NCBI RefSeq assembly: GCF_001194135.2
Contig: NC_068981.1
Coordinates: 149,458,650 to 149,522,649, forward strand
Direction of reading: 5' to 3'
Origin: Octopus bimaculoides
Lineage: Eukaryota
Length of the DNA: 64,000 nucleotides
Shown: positions 62,862 to 64,000 of the stretch, in pieces
How positions within the stretch are numbered: position 1 is the first letter of the stretch
Layout: every line of letters starts with the position of its first letter
Notes under the pieces: model-generated
The model's database searches: none
Seen by the model: the letters and a program-made list of their open reading frames with translations, nothing else
What the model was told of the DNA's origin: nothing
Made by a program: the position numbers and the translations under genes

Positions 62862-64000
62862 CATACACATAAAGCTCATGTGACACATACTTCGTGTCAT
62901 TAAAAAAGACCAATTCTTTATTGTTTTTAATATTGATTTACAACTTTATTTGACTTTTAGTGCGGTGCAGAGCAATTCTCAGTAAATAGGCTGAAGGTCG
63001 CCATTTTGAAAGTTCGAAATTAAATATCACATTATTAATAGTCCATATTCAAGTAATATCTATTTTAAAACGACTATTTTTTCTTCCTTATTTTTCATTT
63101 CACATTTGTTTTGAAAGATAATGTGCATTCTCCCGTACCAAGAGTTGAGGTCAGGTCGTTTATTCACTCAGTCATTAATACGTTACATCTTCTTTACAAT
63201 GTAAAATTTTAAACACGTCATATTTGTTATTTTGAAAAGTTAATGATATTTTTATGTATGTTGATTTACGGAATCATGATAAATTTCGCAAAAATCATAG
63301 ATATTTCGGCGACATATTTATAGAAAAAATAAGAAATTCTACTTTTAGTGTGATAAATCACAAGATTGGATATTGTTTAGTTGAGGCTGTAGCTTTCCTT
63401 AACTGGATATTTCATTCCATCTGTTTGTACCAAGCAAACAAATTTTTTTAATGTCGACAAAATATTTAAAATTGGAATTTGAATAAGCGAGACGGTTTGA
63501 AAATTTTTATTTTCTGTTCTCTTTGACTAAGACGCATCGGTATATTTTACAAAATAACTAATTGGAAGAAATATAGAAATGAAAATTTGATGATATACAG
63601 GAAAAAAATTGATGCCTTTTGAAGACACTCTTTTTGTTTCATTGAGTAGCATGAAAACAATTCAAATTCAAATTAAAATTGGCAGAAAAAGTGAAATGAT
63701 ATAAAATATGTAGAAAGTATGTGTTGTAGTTAAACTCAGGGAAAAAATCGTAATAAGAGCGAGTTTTCTTGTATGTAATTTCTATATAACGGGGGAACAG
63801 TTAAAGTCGGAAATGAAAGTGTGTAGCATCACTCCACCACTTATATTTCAAGTTTCCAAAAAGCAAGTTTACAGCTAGACACAACCGGTTAATGCCAAGG
63901 TGTCAAAATGTATTGAATTATTGATCCCCAATGCCCAGCGTCTATAAACACATACTAGCTTAGTTGATGTGTTTTTTAAGATCACAGAAGCTTTCAAAAA

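Noticed and set aside
62997-63010. YY1-like cgccattttg motif / minus-strand ATGGCG start (also 54426)
   Set aside because: The ORF is only 15 codons and there is no CpG island or other promoter evidence.

Overview
This is a eukaryotic, AT-rich, repeat-saturated window from a gapped draft assembly, with 12 N-gaps totalling about 5.2 kb, most abutting microsatellites or SINEs. The tRNA-headed SINE families and very dense (TA)n/(CA)n microsatellites suggest an octopus or other coleoid cephalopod genome (inference). I found no intact, recognisable protein-coding gene, rRNA, tRNA gene, CRISPR array or prokaryotic system, and nearly all long ORFs in the track are microsatellite or N-gap artefacts. 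What can be supported is a transposon graveyard. It includes several Tc1/mariner relics (two internally deleted copies with both TIRs, a pair of mariner MITEs, a near full-length maT/DD37D-like transposase), an R4/Dong-type LINE 3' fragment with a CCHC plus RLE domain, and a CR1/L2 3' fragment. It also includes two Penelope-like GIY-YIG fragments, each associated with a long inverted repeat, a Helitron 3' end, and three SINE families. The most interesting non-routine signals are two candidate minimal hammerhead ribozymes, a nested direct-plus-inverted repeat at 6.45-7.55 kb, a 2-kb foldback, and a perfect 16-bp inverted repeat built from SINE tails. Several exon-like segments with good splice signals exist but remain unconfirmed. 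No clearly novel biological system is demonstrated.
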